Part shown: positions 18,296 through 26,803 of the stretch, piece after piece
Layout: the number at the start of each line of letters is the position of its first letter
Position numbering within the stretch: position 1 is the first letter of the stretch
NCBI GenBank assembly: GCA_043801595.1
Contig: JAZDLW010000017.1
Location: forward strand, 1 to 37,373
Reading direction: 5' to 3'
DNA: 37,373 bases
Origin: Candidatus Aenigmatarchaeota archaeon
GTDB taxonomy: Archaea > Aenigmatarchaeota > Aenigmatarchaeia > JACPZZ01
The notes under the pieces: generated by a model
Seen by the model: the letters and a program-made list of their open reading frames with translations, nothing else
The model's database searches: none
Told to the model about the DNA's origin: nothing
Made by a program: the position numbers and the translations under genes

Positions 18296-18349
18296 CAACA
18301 ACGGAAAGCTTTAGCTTTCCGTGCATAGGAAACTGGTGGGTTTCCTATG
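18296..18349 (-). repeat. Composite palindromic element (family A), inverted, two hairpins
   Basis: Minus strand reads CATAGGAAAC/GTTTCCTATG-C-ACGGAAAGC/GCTTTCCGT-TGTTG. Confidence 0.85.
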
Positions 18350-18391
18350 ACAACGCAATGCTTATTATCGACCAAAACCAACTCGTTTTAG

Positions 18392-18451
18392 TTAAACTTT
18401 TACAAAAAGTTCAATCAAATAAACTTCTTCCTAAGAAGTTTAATCAAGAAA
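18392..18451 (+). repeat. Two tandem family B palindromes
   Basis: TTAAACTTTTACAAAAAGTTCAATCAAA followed by TAAACTTCTT-CCT-AAGAAGTTTA-ATCAAGAAA. Confidence 0.8.
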
Positions 18452-18468
18452 TTGATAGGGCTGAATAA

Positions 18469-19344
18469 ATGTTAAACAAAATTGCATTCAAATATTTTGG
18501 GGCAATTGTAAAGCCTTACCTGAACCACTTCGAACCGCTGAAAGGAGACCTGCTTAAAGCCGACATGAAAATATCATTGCACGAATATGTCTCGAACATG
18601 ACGTTTCTTTCGTTCGTGACCATGCTCATAGGCTGGCCGACGCTGTCGCTGCTATTCGGGCTGGCGCTGGGTTATGCAAAGATAAGTTCAGTTGCGCTTT
18701 CGGTGACTGTATCATTTACCATGTCATTGATGCTGTGCGCCGGCGTTTTCGTATCAATGTATTATTATCCGTCTATTTCCGCGAGCAGCAGAAAAAGAAA
18801 GATAGACAATTCACTGCCGTTCGGAACAATGTACATGTCCACTATTGCGAGCTCGGGCGCGCCGCCCGCAAAAATTTTCAAGATAATATCCGAGTTCTCC
18901 GAGTTCGGAGAGCTTTCAAAGGAGGTTTCGAAAATATACACAGACACGGAAATATTCGGTATGGACATCAAGACTGCCATACAGAAAGCGGCAGAGAGAA
19001 CGCCTTCCGAGAACCTGAAGGACTTGTTGTGGGGAATGGCAACGGTCATAACAACCGGAGGAAACCTGAGCGGTTACCTCAAGGAGAAGTCGAAAATATA
19101 CATGGCAGATTTCAGGAGGAGCATAGAGGAATATTCGGAGCAGATGTCCCTCTACATCGAGATGTACATAACGCTGATAATCGTCGGTTCCGTATTTTTC
19201 CTGATACTAAGCGCGGTAATGACAGCTATAGCGCCGACAGCGTCGGTGATATCGCTCCAGTTTTTCGTAATTTTCATATTCCTTCCGTTAATTTCGGTTG
19301 GTTTCATAATGCTTTCAAAGGGCATATCCCCGACAGAGGAATAA
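18469..19344 (+). CDS. Pilus membrane platform protein (TadC/PilC, T2SS-F domain)
   Basis: YP...A..R.RKIDNSLPF...YM..IASSG, EFGELSKE, A.RTPS, TGGNL; C-terminal TM helices. Confidence 0.93.
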   Translation: MLNKIAFKYFGAIVKPYLNHFEPLKGDLLKADMKISLHEYVSNMTFLSFVTMLIGWPTLSLLFGLALGYAKISSVALSVTVSFTMSLMLCAGVFVSMYYYPSISASSRKRKIDNSLPFGTMYMSTIASSGAPPAKIFKIISEFSEFGELSKEVSKIYTDTEIFGMDIKTAIQKAAERTPSENLKDLLWGMATVITTGGNLSGYLKEKSKIYMADFRRSIEEYSEQMSLYIEMYITLIIVGSVFFLILSAVMTAIAPTASVISLQFFVIFIFLPLISVGFIMLSKGISPTEE

Positions 19345-19345
19345 G

Positions 19346-20365
19346 ATGAAAGACAAAAAACAAATTGCCGGTAAGAAACTACTGGACAATATAAAGAAAC
19401 ACTTTCCGCCGATAAATGACGAGAATGCTGTCGCCGTTTACCCGATGATCATAGCAATCGTGCTCCTGCTAATAGGAATATTTCTCGTTAAAACCGAGGA
19501 AGGAACGCCGGACATCGGTGTCATAGGAAACCTTGTTTTTCTCTCGGTGCTCGTTTTGATAGGACCCTACCTGATCAAAAAATATCTCAGGTTTATGCTG
19601 GTAAAGGACATGGAAGACAAATTTCCGTCTTTCCTGCGGGATATGGCCGAATCGCAGAGATCGGGAATGAACCTTGTGCAGGCGCTCAGCTCGGCTGCCG
19701 AGTCGAACTACGGAAGATTGACGCCCGAGATAAGGAGAATGATAAACCACTATACGTGGGGCGTGTCGTTCGAAAGAATTGTGGATATTTTTGTGAGCAG
19801 GACAAAAGATTCCGAACTAATGACAAGGTCGATGAGGATAATAAAAGAAGCGTACTCGTCCGGAGGGGACATAACCGCTACGCTAGACTCTGTTGCGAGG
19901 GACGTTGCAACGATAAAGGATGCGGAAAAGGAGAGGAAGTCCGCTCTGGGGCAGCACGTAATCATAATGTACGCGATATTTTTCATGTTTATTATCATAG
20001 TGATCGCGCTGACAAAGATACTGATACCGATGTTCGGCCAGCAATCATCCAGTTTGAGCGGTTCCGCGTCGTTCGGTTTCAGCGATCCGTGCAGGCTGTG
20101 CATCGGCTACAAGGATATCAACTGCGCTCCATGCACAGTGTACGGAACCGTGTGCAGCATGTTCGGAATGAAGTCCGGAGTCGGATGCTATTACACCGCG
20201 CTTTTCTTTTCGATGCTAATGCTGCAAGGTATTTTCGGCGGGTTGGTCGCGGGCCAGATAAGCGAAAATTCTGTCGTAAGCGGGCTGAAACACTCGATGA
20301 TAATGGCCGGCATCGGATTCGCGACGTTTAGCATACTTGTAAGAATAGGCTTCCTCGGTGTTTAG
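19346..20365 (+). CDS. Second pilus platform protein (TadB/C-like) with a Cys-rich loop
   Basis: MEDKFPSFLRDMAESQRSGM, YGRLTPEI, SGGDI, QGIFGGLVAGQI.E..V.SGLKHS. Confidence 0.93.
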   Translation: MKDKKQIAGKKLLDNIKKHFPPINDENAVAVYPMIIAIVLLLIGIFLVKTEEGTPDIGVIGNLVFLSVLVLIGPYLIKKYLRFMLVKDMEDKFPSFLRDMAESQRSGMNLVQALSSAAESNYGRLTPEIRRMINHYTWGVSFERIVDIFVSRTKDSELMTRSMRIIKEAYSSGGDITATLDSVARDVATIKDAEKERKSALGQHVIIMYAIFFMFIIIVIALTKILIPMFGQQSSSLSGSASFGFSDPCRLCIGYKDINCAPCTVYGTVCSMFGMKSGVGCYYTALFFSMLMLQGIFGGLVAGQISENSVVSGLKHSMIMAGIGFATFSILVRIGFLGV

Positions 20366-20366
20366 A

Positions 20367-20924
20367 ATGAAAGGCCAATTCACAATAGAATTTATCATAG
20401 CAATAGTCTCATTCATCGTAATCGTTGTGTATGTGATGAATTTTGTGAACAAAGAAGTTCCGCTGTTCACAGCAAAGCACGCCTCCGACGAGTTGAGAAC
20501 GCGCGCGTACCAGATATCGGAAGTGCTGGTATTCGACGACGGAGACTGGGACTCGTCTGATCCTTCGCATATAGGGCTGTCTAGCGGGTACCACGTTCTG
20601 AACAGGACAAAGGCGCAACGCCTGAATACACTTTGTTCAACAGAAGCGGGTTATAAAAAAATACTTTCAACGCTCAACATAAACACGCACACAACACCGA
20701 ACCAATACACAGACTTCAAAAGTTACATGATATCGGAAAACAAATGCCTTGAACTGTTCGTCTATGACAATACCGGCGCGATAGTTTCCTGCCCGCCGGC
20801 CGGATCGCAAACTTGGGAATGCATCAGCACGTTCGCGGGCGGCGCAACGCAAAAATACAGTATTGTAAGGTACGCGCCCGACACAAACGGAAACGTAATA
20901 AATATCACGGTGGGTGTATGGTAA
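20367..20924 (+). CDS. Minor pilin-like protein
   Basis: MKG|QFTIEFIIAIVSFIVIVVY, with Gln+1 and Glu+5. Confidence 0.85.
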   Translation: MKGQFTIEFIIAIVSFIVIVVYVMNFVNKEVPLFTAKHASDELRTRAYQISEVLVFDDGDWDSSDPSHIGLSSGYHVLNRTKAQRLNTLCSTEAGYKKILSTLNINTHTTPNQYTDFKSYMISENKCLELFVYDNTGAIVSCPPAGSQTWECISTFAGGATQKYSIVRYAPDTNGNVINITVGVW

Positions 20925-22744
20925 TGAAAGGGTTCATACGGATAATAGAAATAATCCTCTGCGTATTGCTGATACTGTTTGCCCTCATGCAGTTCTCTTC
21001 GCTGTACTCGAAAGAAACGCCTTGGCCGAAAAATTACCTTTCGCTGCTTTCGAGGGACATGGCATATACTGTGAACTTTCTTGGAAACGACTGGCAAAAC
21101 TCCACATTCGTGCGATCGTCCATGGGCAGGATATTGTTTTCCGACTTCATCGAATACGAATTCGGACTGAAAAACACTGTCAATAGAAACGTGATTGCCG
21201 GCTGCTTCTGCTCTTCGCAGGAATTATCGCAACTACGACAACAGCTAACGAGTTTTACGCTGAACAACCGAAACGTGAACTTTAACGTACTCGACATGGC
21301 GGATGTAAATGACTGGAACTCGCTCGATGTCATTGTCTACGGCCATTACCAGGCAATGGATTCACAAAAGGCAAATATACTGAACTTTCTTGCAAACGAC
21401 AAGGGTATAATGCTAATCGGTTCGCTGTCTGCCGACCAGATAAGCTCAGACTCCGTGTTAAGGGACGTCTTCGGTTTGAAATGGATGATCAATCCTGTGT
21501 CCGGATCATCGTCCGACGCTTTGTTCATACCGACGCATCCGTCAAATGAAAGTTATGAAATAATGAAATACTTCTACGGCTTCCGCGCGTCACACTCGTC
21601 GATGATACTCAATTCCGAGACGGGATTGGGACAAATATCCTGCACGAACAGCACAAGCGAGGGAATTCTAAAAACACGCGGGACTGACAAAAAATTCTGG
21701 ATAATGGACGCTTCTTCAAAAAGAGTGAGCGGGACTTACTGTGATTACGTTTTGTATGTTGATGAGAACGGAAACGGACAAATCGATGTCAATGAAGGAC
21801 CTTACGGTGTAAATGATAATGTCGTGTTGAACGGATTTTCGATGACAATCAAATCAATAAATGTTGGCGCGTATAATGAGAAGGCTGAGGCTGAAAGCGG
21901 TACGGGCTGGGGTCTGGCGTCGGCGTCCGGTTTTTGCACAGGCGACGGTGACGATGTATGTTCGGATGGCGATGCAGCGTACACGACAACACAAAATACG
22001 CAGATAAATATTCCAATAGCCGTTAACAGGCCTGACCGCTACGAAGTCTGGCTGCGCTCTTACATAAGCGATGCTCCTCAATCAAAAGAAAGGGTGTATT
22101 TTGTGTCGATAGACGGCGGTTCGGAGACTCTTGTTGATCCGTTTTACCAGAGTGACCCAAATTTTGCAGGGTCGTGGGGATGGAACAGGACAGGCATGGC
22201 AGGCGGATTTACAATACTTCTTGATGCCGGAACGCACAACATAAGGCTGCGCACGCCAACGAACGCGGAGAATAACAAATGGCAAAGCTCGGGTGTGGAC
22301 TGGATTTTCCTAAGAAACACAACGTTTAGTCCGAAAAACAGCGTTGAATTGTTATTCAACAATCCTTACAGACTTGTTGACTTTTCACAAACAGGCCCGT
22401 ATCCGGACAACGATAAGGTGGACAGGATAGCTGTGGCGAACGGAAGAAAGTATATGAACGGCGGAACCGAGATAGGGCCTGTCGCGGCGCTGATAACGAA
22501 AAAAGGTATAACGGAAAAAAGTTCCGGGCGGGCGATCTGGCTGGCTTCGAATGCCGATGGCAAGGATTTCGAGAATTTGGTGAAGTCGTCGGTCATCTGG
22601 CTGACTCCGAAGGAGTTTATTAATGAAAGAAACCCTTCTTTGGGAAGCAGCGCGTCGCAAGCGTACGCAATACTGGAGAACGGCGATATGAGCAACCTGT
22701 ACCAGATATTCGTCACGCTGTGGTATTCGAGAAGGTCTGATTAA
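20924..22744 (+). CDS. Large pilin-like adhesin with an internal carbohydrate-binding-module-like domain
   Basis: Start corrected to MKG|FIRIIEIILCVLLIL (TAATG overlap; ATG 20918 is the alternative). DENGNGQID Ca-binding-like loop; AEAES...YEVWLRS...IDGG...WGWN...LDAGTHNIRL...VDWIFL. Confidence 0.8.
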   Translation: MKGFIRIIEIILCVLLILFALMQFSSLYSKETPWPKNYLSLLSRDMAYTVNFLGNDWQNSTFVRSSMGRILFSDFIEYEFGLKNTVNRNVIAGCFCSSQELSQLRQQLTSFTLNNRNVNFNVLDMADVNDWNSLDVIVYGHYQAMDSQKANILNFLANDKGIMLIGSLSADQISSDSVLRDVFGLKWMINPVSGSSSDALFIPTHPSNESYEIMKYFYGFRASHSSMILNSETGLGQISCTNSTSEGILKTRGTDKKFWIMDASSKRVSGTYCDYVLYVDENGNGQIDVNEGPYGVNDNVVLNGFSMTIKSINVGAYNEKAEAESGTGWGLASASGFCTGDGDDVCSDGDAAYTTTQNTQINIPIAVNRPDRYEVWLRSYISDAPQSKERVYFVSIDGGSETLVDPFYQSDPNFAGSWGWNRTGMAGGFTILLDAGTHNIRLRTPTNAENNKWQSSGVDWIFLRNTTFSPKNSVELLFNNPYRLVDFSQTGPYPDNDKVDRIAVANGRKYMNGGTEIGPVAALITKKGITEKSSGRAIWLASNADGKDFENLVKSSVIWLTPKEFINERNPSLGSSASQAYAILENGDMSNLYQIFVTLWYSRRSD

Positions 22745-22745
22745 A

Positions 22746-23354
22746 ATGTTTTGCCCGAAATGCGGAAAAGAAGCGGAGTTGATTGACGGGTTCTGCAGAG
22801 AATGCTTTCTAAAAAGAACAACACTGATAGAAGCGAACAACAAATTCGTGAGATGTTCCATCTGCGGTAAATGGCTGGCAAAGGGCGCATGGAAAAAATT
22901 CGACGAGGCTGTGAAAGATTCGCTTAAATTCAAAGGAGAGCTGCTTGATTTTTCAGTAACGGACACCGGACGCCGTTTCATAGTGGATTATACGCTCGAA
23001 TTCGTGGGCATCATATTCGAAGGAACACTTGAGATACACCCGTCGATAAGAAAGTTTGCGTGCACAAACTGCTCGCGTGAGCGCGGCGGGTATTACGAAT
23101 CGATAATACAGCTGCGAGGAGACTGGCAAAAAGCCTACGATTTATCGAACAGGCTGGGAACATCGAAGATTGAAATGAAGAAGGAGGGCGTTGACCTGTA
23201 CGTTATCAAATTCTCCGAAGGAAACAAATTTATCAGCGCCATGAAAAAGACATTCGAGCCTGAGGTCAAGGAATCGTCGTCGATGGCAGGCATGAAGGAC
23301 GGAAGACAGATAAGCAGAAAAACGATAATGCTTCGGTTCAAACCGGAAATATAA
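22746..23354 (+). CDS. nmd3: Archaeal NMD3 family ribosome biogenesis factor
   Basis: FCPKCG, FCRECF, CSICG, CTNCSR..GGYYESIIQLR, EGVDLY, GMKDGRQISRKTI.LR. Confidence 0.92.
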   Translation: MFCPKCGKEAELIDGFCRECFLKRTTLIEANNKFVRCSICGKWLAKGAWKKFDEAVKDSLKFKGELLDFSVTDTGRRFIVDYTLEFVGIIFEGTLEIHPSIRKFACTNCSRERGGYYESIIQLRGDWQKAYDLSNRLGTSKIEMKKEGVDLYVIKFSEGNKFISAMKKTFEPEVKESSSMAGMKDGRQISRKTIMLRFKPEI

Positions 23355-23453
23355 CTGTGTACGATACTTTATGGCCGGAGTATAAATTAAAATTTAGATT
23401 CGACTTTTCCACAACGATTTCAAACCTATAAATCTGACTCGCAAATAATTGGC

Positions 23454-24251
23454 ATGGAACAAAAGATAATAACGCTCAGTTCGGATTTCGGGAAGCAAAC
23501 CCAGGGTGTCGGAAACATGGAGGGCGTAATTTACGCCATAAATCCGAGCGCAAAGGTTGTGCATCTCATGCACGGTATGCCCGCTTTTGATATTTTTACC
23601 GCTGCGCGGACAATGGAAACTGTATATTACATGCCAGTCGGATTACACGTTTGCGTTGTAGACCCGGGCGTCGGAACATCCAGAAAAGGAATAATCGTAG
23701 AAACAAAACGCGGCGATTTTTTGATCGGACCAGACAACGGGTGTTTAATGACTGCTCCGAGGATTCTTGGTGGAATCGAAAAAATAGTCCAGATAGAAAA
23801 TCCCAAGTACATGCTCCTGCCTGTATCACCGATTTTCCACGGAAGGCACATATTCGCGCCTGCCGCAGCGCACCTGTCACTGGGCGTTGATATTGCAGAA
23901 TTTGGCGAAGGAATAAAAATTAAGGATTGTGCCAAGGCGCCGTACGATGAGGCTGCTGTTAAAGGCAATACCATAAAGGCGACCGTGATACACGTCAACC
24001 ACTTCGGCTCGGTCCATCTCAACATATTGCACGAAGAATGGGACAAGCTGAATGCAAAAGAAGTTTCCATGCAATTCGGGAGCACAACCGTATCAATGCC
24101 TGTTGCAACTACGTTTGGCGATGTTCCAGAAGGGAAACCGCTTATATTGAAAGACGACTATAAAAGGATAGAAGTCGCGATAAACATGGGATCTTTTGTT
24201 AAAAAGCACCCTCTAAAAACAGGCGATATTGTAAAATTAATGGCGAAATAA
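23454..24251 (+). CDS. SAM hydroxide adenosyltransferase family (DUF62)
   Basis: ITLSSDFG, HVCVVDPGVGTSR, GPDNG, SPIFHGRHIFAP, EVAINMG. Confidence 0.92.
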   Translation: MEQKIITLSSDFGKQTQGVGNMEGVIYAINPSAKVVHLMHGMPAFDIFTAARTMETVYYMPVGLHVCVVDPGVGTSRKGIIVETKRGDFLIGPDNGCLMTAPRILGGIEKIVQIENPKYMLLPVSPIFHGRHIFAPAAAHLSLGVDIAEFGEGIKIKDCAKAPYDEAAVKGNTIKATVIHVNHFGSVHLNILHEEWDKLNAKEVSMQFGSTTVSMPVATTFGDVPEGKPLILKDDYKRIEVAINMGSFVKKHPLKTGDIVKLMAK

Positions 24252-24252
24252 A

Positions 24253-24552
24253 ATGGAAGAGCAACAGCAGGAACGAGTGCGATTACCGAGAATCGGGGAG
24301 ATAATGGGTTTGGTCATGGAGCTGCTCGGCGGCGACAAATTCAGAGTAAATTGCGATGATAGCCGTATCAGAATATGCAGAATACCAGGGAAACTGAGAA
24401 AAAAAGTGTGGATACGCGCCGGCGATACAGTGCTGGTAAAACCTTGGATAGTGCAGTCGGACATACGCGGCGACATAGTTTGGAGATATACGGGAACGCA
24501 GGTGTTGTGGCTGAAAAAACAAGGTCACATAAAACCGAATCCACAGGTGTAA
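24253..24552 (+). CDS. eif1a: Translation initiation factor aIF-1A
   Basis: RVRLP...E..G.V..LLG, RICRIPGKLRKKVWIR.GD.V.V.PW, GDIVWRYT..Q..WL. Confidence 0.97.
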   Translation: MEEQQQERVRLPRIGEIMGLVMELLGGDKFRVNCDDSRIRICRIPGKLRKKVWIRAGDTVLVKPWIVQSDIRGDIVWRYTGTQVLWLKKQGHIKPNPQV

Positions 24553-24559
24553 TAAACAA

Positions 24560-25078
24560 ATGATTGAAATTGTAAAGCTTCCAGAGGAAAGGAAGGCCGT
24601 TATTATCGGAAAAAATGCAAACGTAAAAAAGACAATCGAAGTGCTGACTGAAACGGAGATAACAATCAAAGACGACGTAAGCATCGAGGGCGAAGACCCG
24701 ATCGGAATAATGGACGCAAAAAACATAATTACCGCAATAGGCCGCGGTTTTTCTCCGGACAAAGCTAAAAAACTTTCTGGCGGGGAAAACATTCTTGAAA
24801 TAATAAGCCTGCGCGACATGCGCAGCCCGAAGAAAAGACTCGTGCAAAAGGGAAGGATAATCGGAACAAAGGGCCGCGCAAGAAAACTTCTGGAACGGTT
24901 CACACGCTGCGACATATCCGTGTACGGTGATACCGTGTCGATCATAGGACCGTGGGATGCAGTAAATTTTGCCAAAGATGCCGTATCGCAACTGCTGGAA
25001 GGAAAATCACACGCCACTGTTTACAGATTCCTGGAAAAAGAGGGCGCCAGGAGCAAATCGACGGAAGCGAACGGTTAA
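24560..25078 (+). CDS. KH-domain ribosome assembly factor (Dim2/Pno1)
   Basis: IIGKNA, AIGRGFSP..A..L, KGRIIGTKG, ISVYG.TVSIIG, G..HATVYRFLE. Confidence 0.95.
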   Translation: MIEIVKLPEERKAVIIGKNANVKKTIEVLTETEITIKDDVSIEGEDPIGIMDAKNIITAIGRGFSPDKAKKLSGGENILEIISLRDMRSPKKRLVQKGRIIGTKGRARKLLERFTRCDISVYGDTVSIIGPWDAVNFAKDAVSQLLEGKSHATVYRFLEKEGARSKSTEANG

Positions 25079-25119
25079 CCTATAAATACCAAACGCTTAT
25101 AATTAAGAACGGCTTCTAA

Positions 25120-25172
25120 TAAACTTCTCATAGGAAATTAATGAATTTCCTGTGAGAAGTTTAATCAAGAAA
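25120..25172 (+). repeat. Family B palindrome with a family A hairpin nested in its loop
   Basis: TAAACTTCT [CATAGGAAATT-AATG-AATTTCCTGTG] AGAAGTTTA ATCAAGAAA. Confidence 0.85.
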
Positions 25173-25188
25173 GTGCGCAAAAAAGTTG

Positions 25189-26802
25189 ATGGTCATGGAA
25201 AAAATTCAAACCGCTGAAGATCTGGCAAGGGACCAGAGGGAAATATCAATATCGGAATTTTTTGAAAAGAATCGCCATCTCCTAGGCTACGATAACAAAG
25301 TGAAAGCGCTCTTGACTGTCGTACGCGAGGCTGTTGACAACTCTTTAGACGCAACGGAAGAAGCAAGGATAATAGCCGACATAAAAGTTTCTGTGAAACC
25401 TGTCGGCGATCTTAAGGACAGATACAGGATATCAATCGAGGACAATGGCCCTGGAATTGTACGGGAAAATATAACAAGGGCGTTCGGAAAGCTTCTGTTC
25501 GGCTCAAAATTCCATCGTTTGCGCCAGAGCCGCGGGCAACAGGGAATAGGAATATCCGGCGCTGTCATGTATTCACAGCTTACAAGCGGAAAGCCCACAA
25601 AGATAATTTCGTCCACAGGCAATGGCAAGACGCATTACATCGACCTTATGATCGACACTTTCAAAAACGAGCCCGAGGTTCTGAAAGAAGAGATAAAGGA
25701 GGGAAAGAACTGGCACGGCATTAAAATCGAAATGGAAGTCGAGGGAAAATACGTCGAACACCAGCAGTCGATTGCCGAATACCTAAAACAGTCTGCGATG
25801 TCGAACCCTTATGCACAGATAGTTTACGATTCGCCCGACGGCAAGATTGTGTTCGAACGCTCTGTTAACACGCTGCCCGAAGAGCCGAAATCCATCAAGC
25901 CGCACCCGCACGGAATAGAAATCGGAATATTGCGAAGAATGCTAAAGACTACTGATGCGAGGACGATCACAGGATTTCTCACATCCGACTTTTCGCGCGT
26001 AGGACACAGCTCTGCCAAAGAGATATTGCGAATTGCGAAGCTGGGCGAGGATACGACTCCCAAAAATATAGACGGACCTCAGGTAGAAAAATTGTTTCAG
26101 GCAATACAGCAAGTGCCGCTCATAAAACCGCAGCTGGACTGCCTTTCACCGCTGAAAGAAAAATTAATCGAGGAAGGTTTGAAGAAACAGCTCAGGCCTG
26201 AATACGTTGTCGCGGTTACAAGGCCGCCGGATGTTTACCGTGGAAACCCGTTCCAGATAGAGGTTGGCATAGCCTACGGCGGCGAGCTAAACGCGCAATC
26301 GGTTGCTACGTTGTACAGGGTTGCGAACCGCGTTCCTCTCATGTACCAGGCAGGAGATTGCGCATTATCGAAAGCCGTGAGCGAAATAGAATGGAAAAGG
26401 TACGGAATGGAACAGGCAGGAAGTTCGAGCCTTCCGACAGGACCGATAGCAATATTCGTACACATCGCATCGGTATGGGTTCCGTTCACGTCCGAATCAA
26501 AGGAAGCGATCGCTTCGTATCCGGAAATAATAAAAGAAACGAAACTCGCATTGCAGGAAGCTGGACGCAAATTAAGCATATACATACACAAGAAGAAACA
26601 CGCGGAAGATTCGGCGCAGAGGTCCAGTCTTTTTGAAAAATACATACCGGAGGTTTCCGATGCACTTGCGAGACTTAGCGGCGCGAGCAAGGCGCATATC
26701 GCCTCGAAACTTGAAAGCATGCTCAAAAAAGGAAAAATAGTTATCGAGGACAGCGCACCAGAAGAGGACGAAAAACCCGAGAAGGAAGAAGAGGCTGAAT
26801 AA
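25189..26802 (+). CDS. top6B: DNA topoisomerase VI subunit B
   Basis: EISISEFFEKN, EAVDNSLDA, EDNGPGI, QSRGQQGIGIS, ANRVPL, VPFTSESKEAIA; start is ATG 25189 or 25195. Confidence 0.97.
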   Translation: MVMEKIQTAEDLARDQREISISEFFEKNRHLLGYDNKVKALLTVVREAVDNSLDATEEARIIADIKVSVKPVGDLKDRYRISIEDNGPGIVRENITRAFGKLLFGSKFHRLRQSRGQQGIGISGAVMYSQLTSGKPTKIISSTGNGKTHYIDLMIDTFKNEPEVLKEEIKEGKNWHGIKIEMEVEGKYVEHQQSIAEYLKQSAMSNPYAQIVYDSPDGKIVFERSVNTLPEEPKSIKPHPHGIEIGILRRMLKTTDARTITGFLTSDFSRVGHSSAKEILRIAKLGEDTTPKNIDGPQVEKLFQAIQQVPLIKPQLDCLSPLKEKLIEEGLKKQLRPEYVVAVTRPPDVYRGNPFQIEVGIAYGGELNAQSVATLYRVANRVPLMYQAGDCALSKAVSEIEWKRYGMEQAGSSSLPTGPIAIFVHIASVWVPFTSESKEAIASYPEIIKETKLALQEAGRKLSIYIHKKKHAEDSAQRSSLFEKYIPEVSDALARLSGASKAHIASKLESMLKKGKIVIEDSAPEEDEKPEKEEEAE

Positions 26803-26803
26803 A

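Noticed and set aside
18196..18468. 90-aa ORF between the ATPase and platform genes
   Set aside because: It overlaps the ATPase end and consists largely of family A and B repeats.
13409..20365. Archaellum operon
   Set aside because: There are no FlaH, FlaF or FlaG genes, the pilins are short, and there are two separate platform genes.
20813..20923. Basic N-terminal extension of the 643-aa ORF
   Set aside because: It overlaps the upstream pilin; the class III signal begins at 20918 or 20924.
23454..24251. Halogenase (fluorinase/chlorinase) activity
   Set aside because: The family is widespread in archaea as SAM hydrolases, and specificity cannot be supported from sequence alone.
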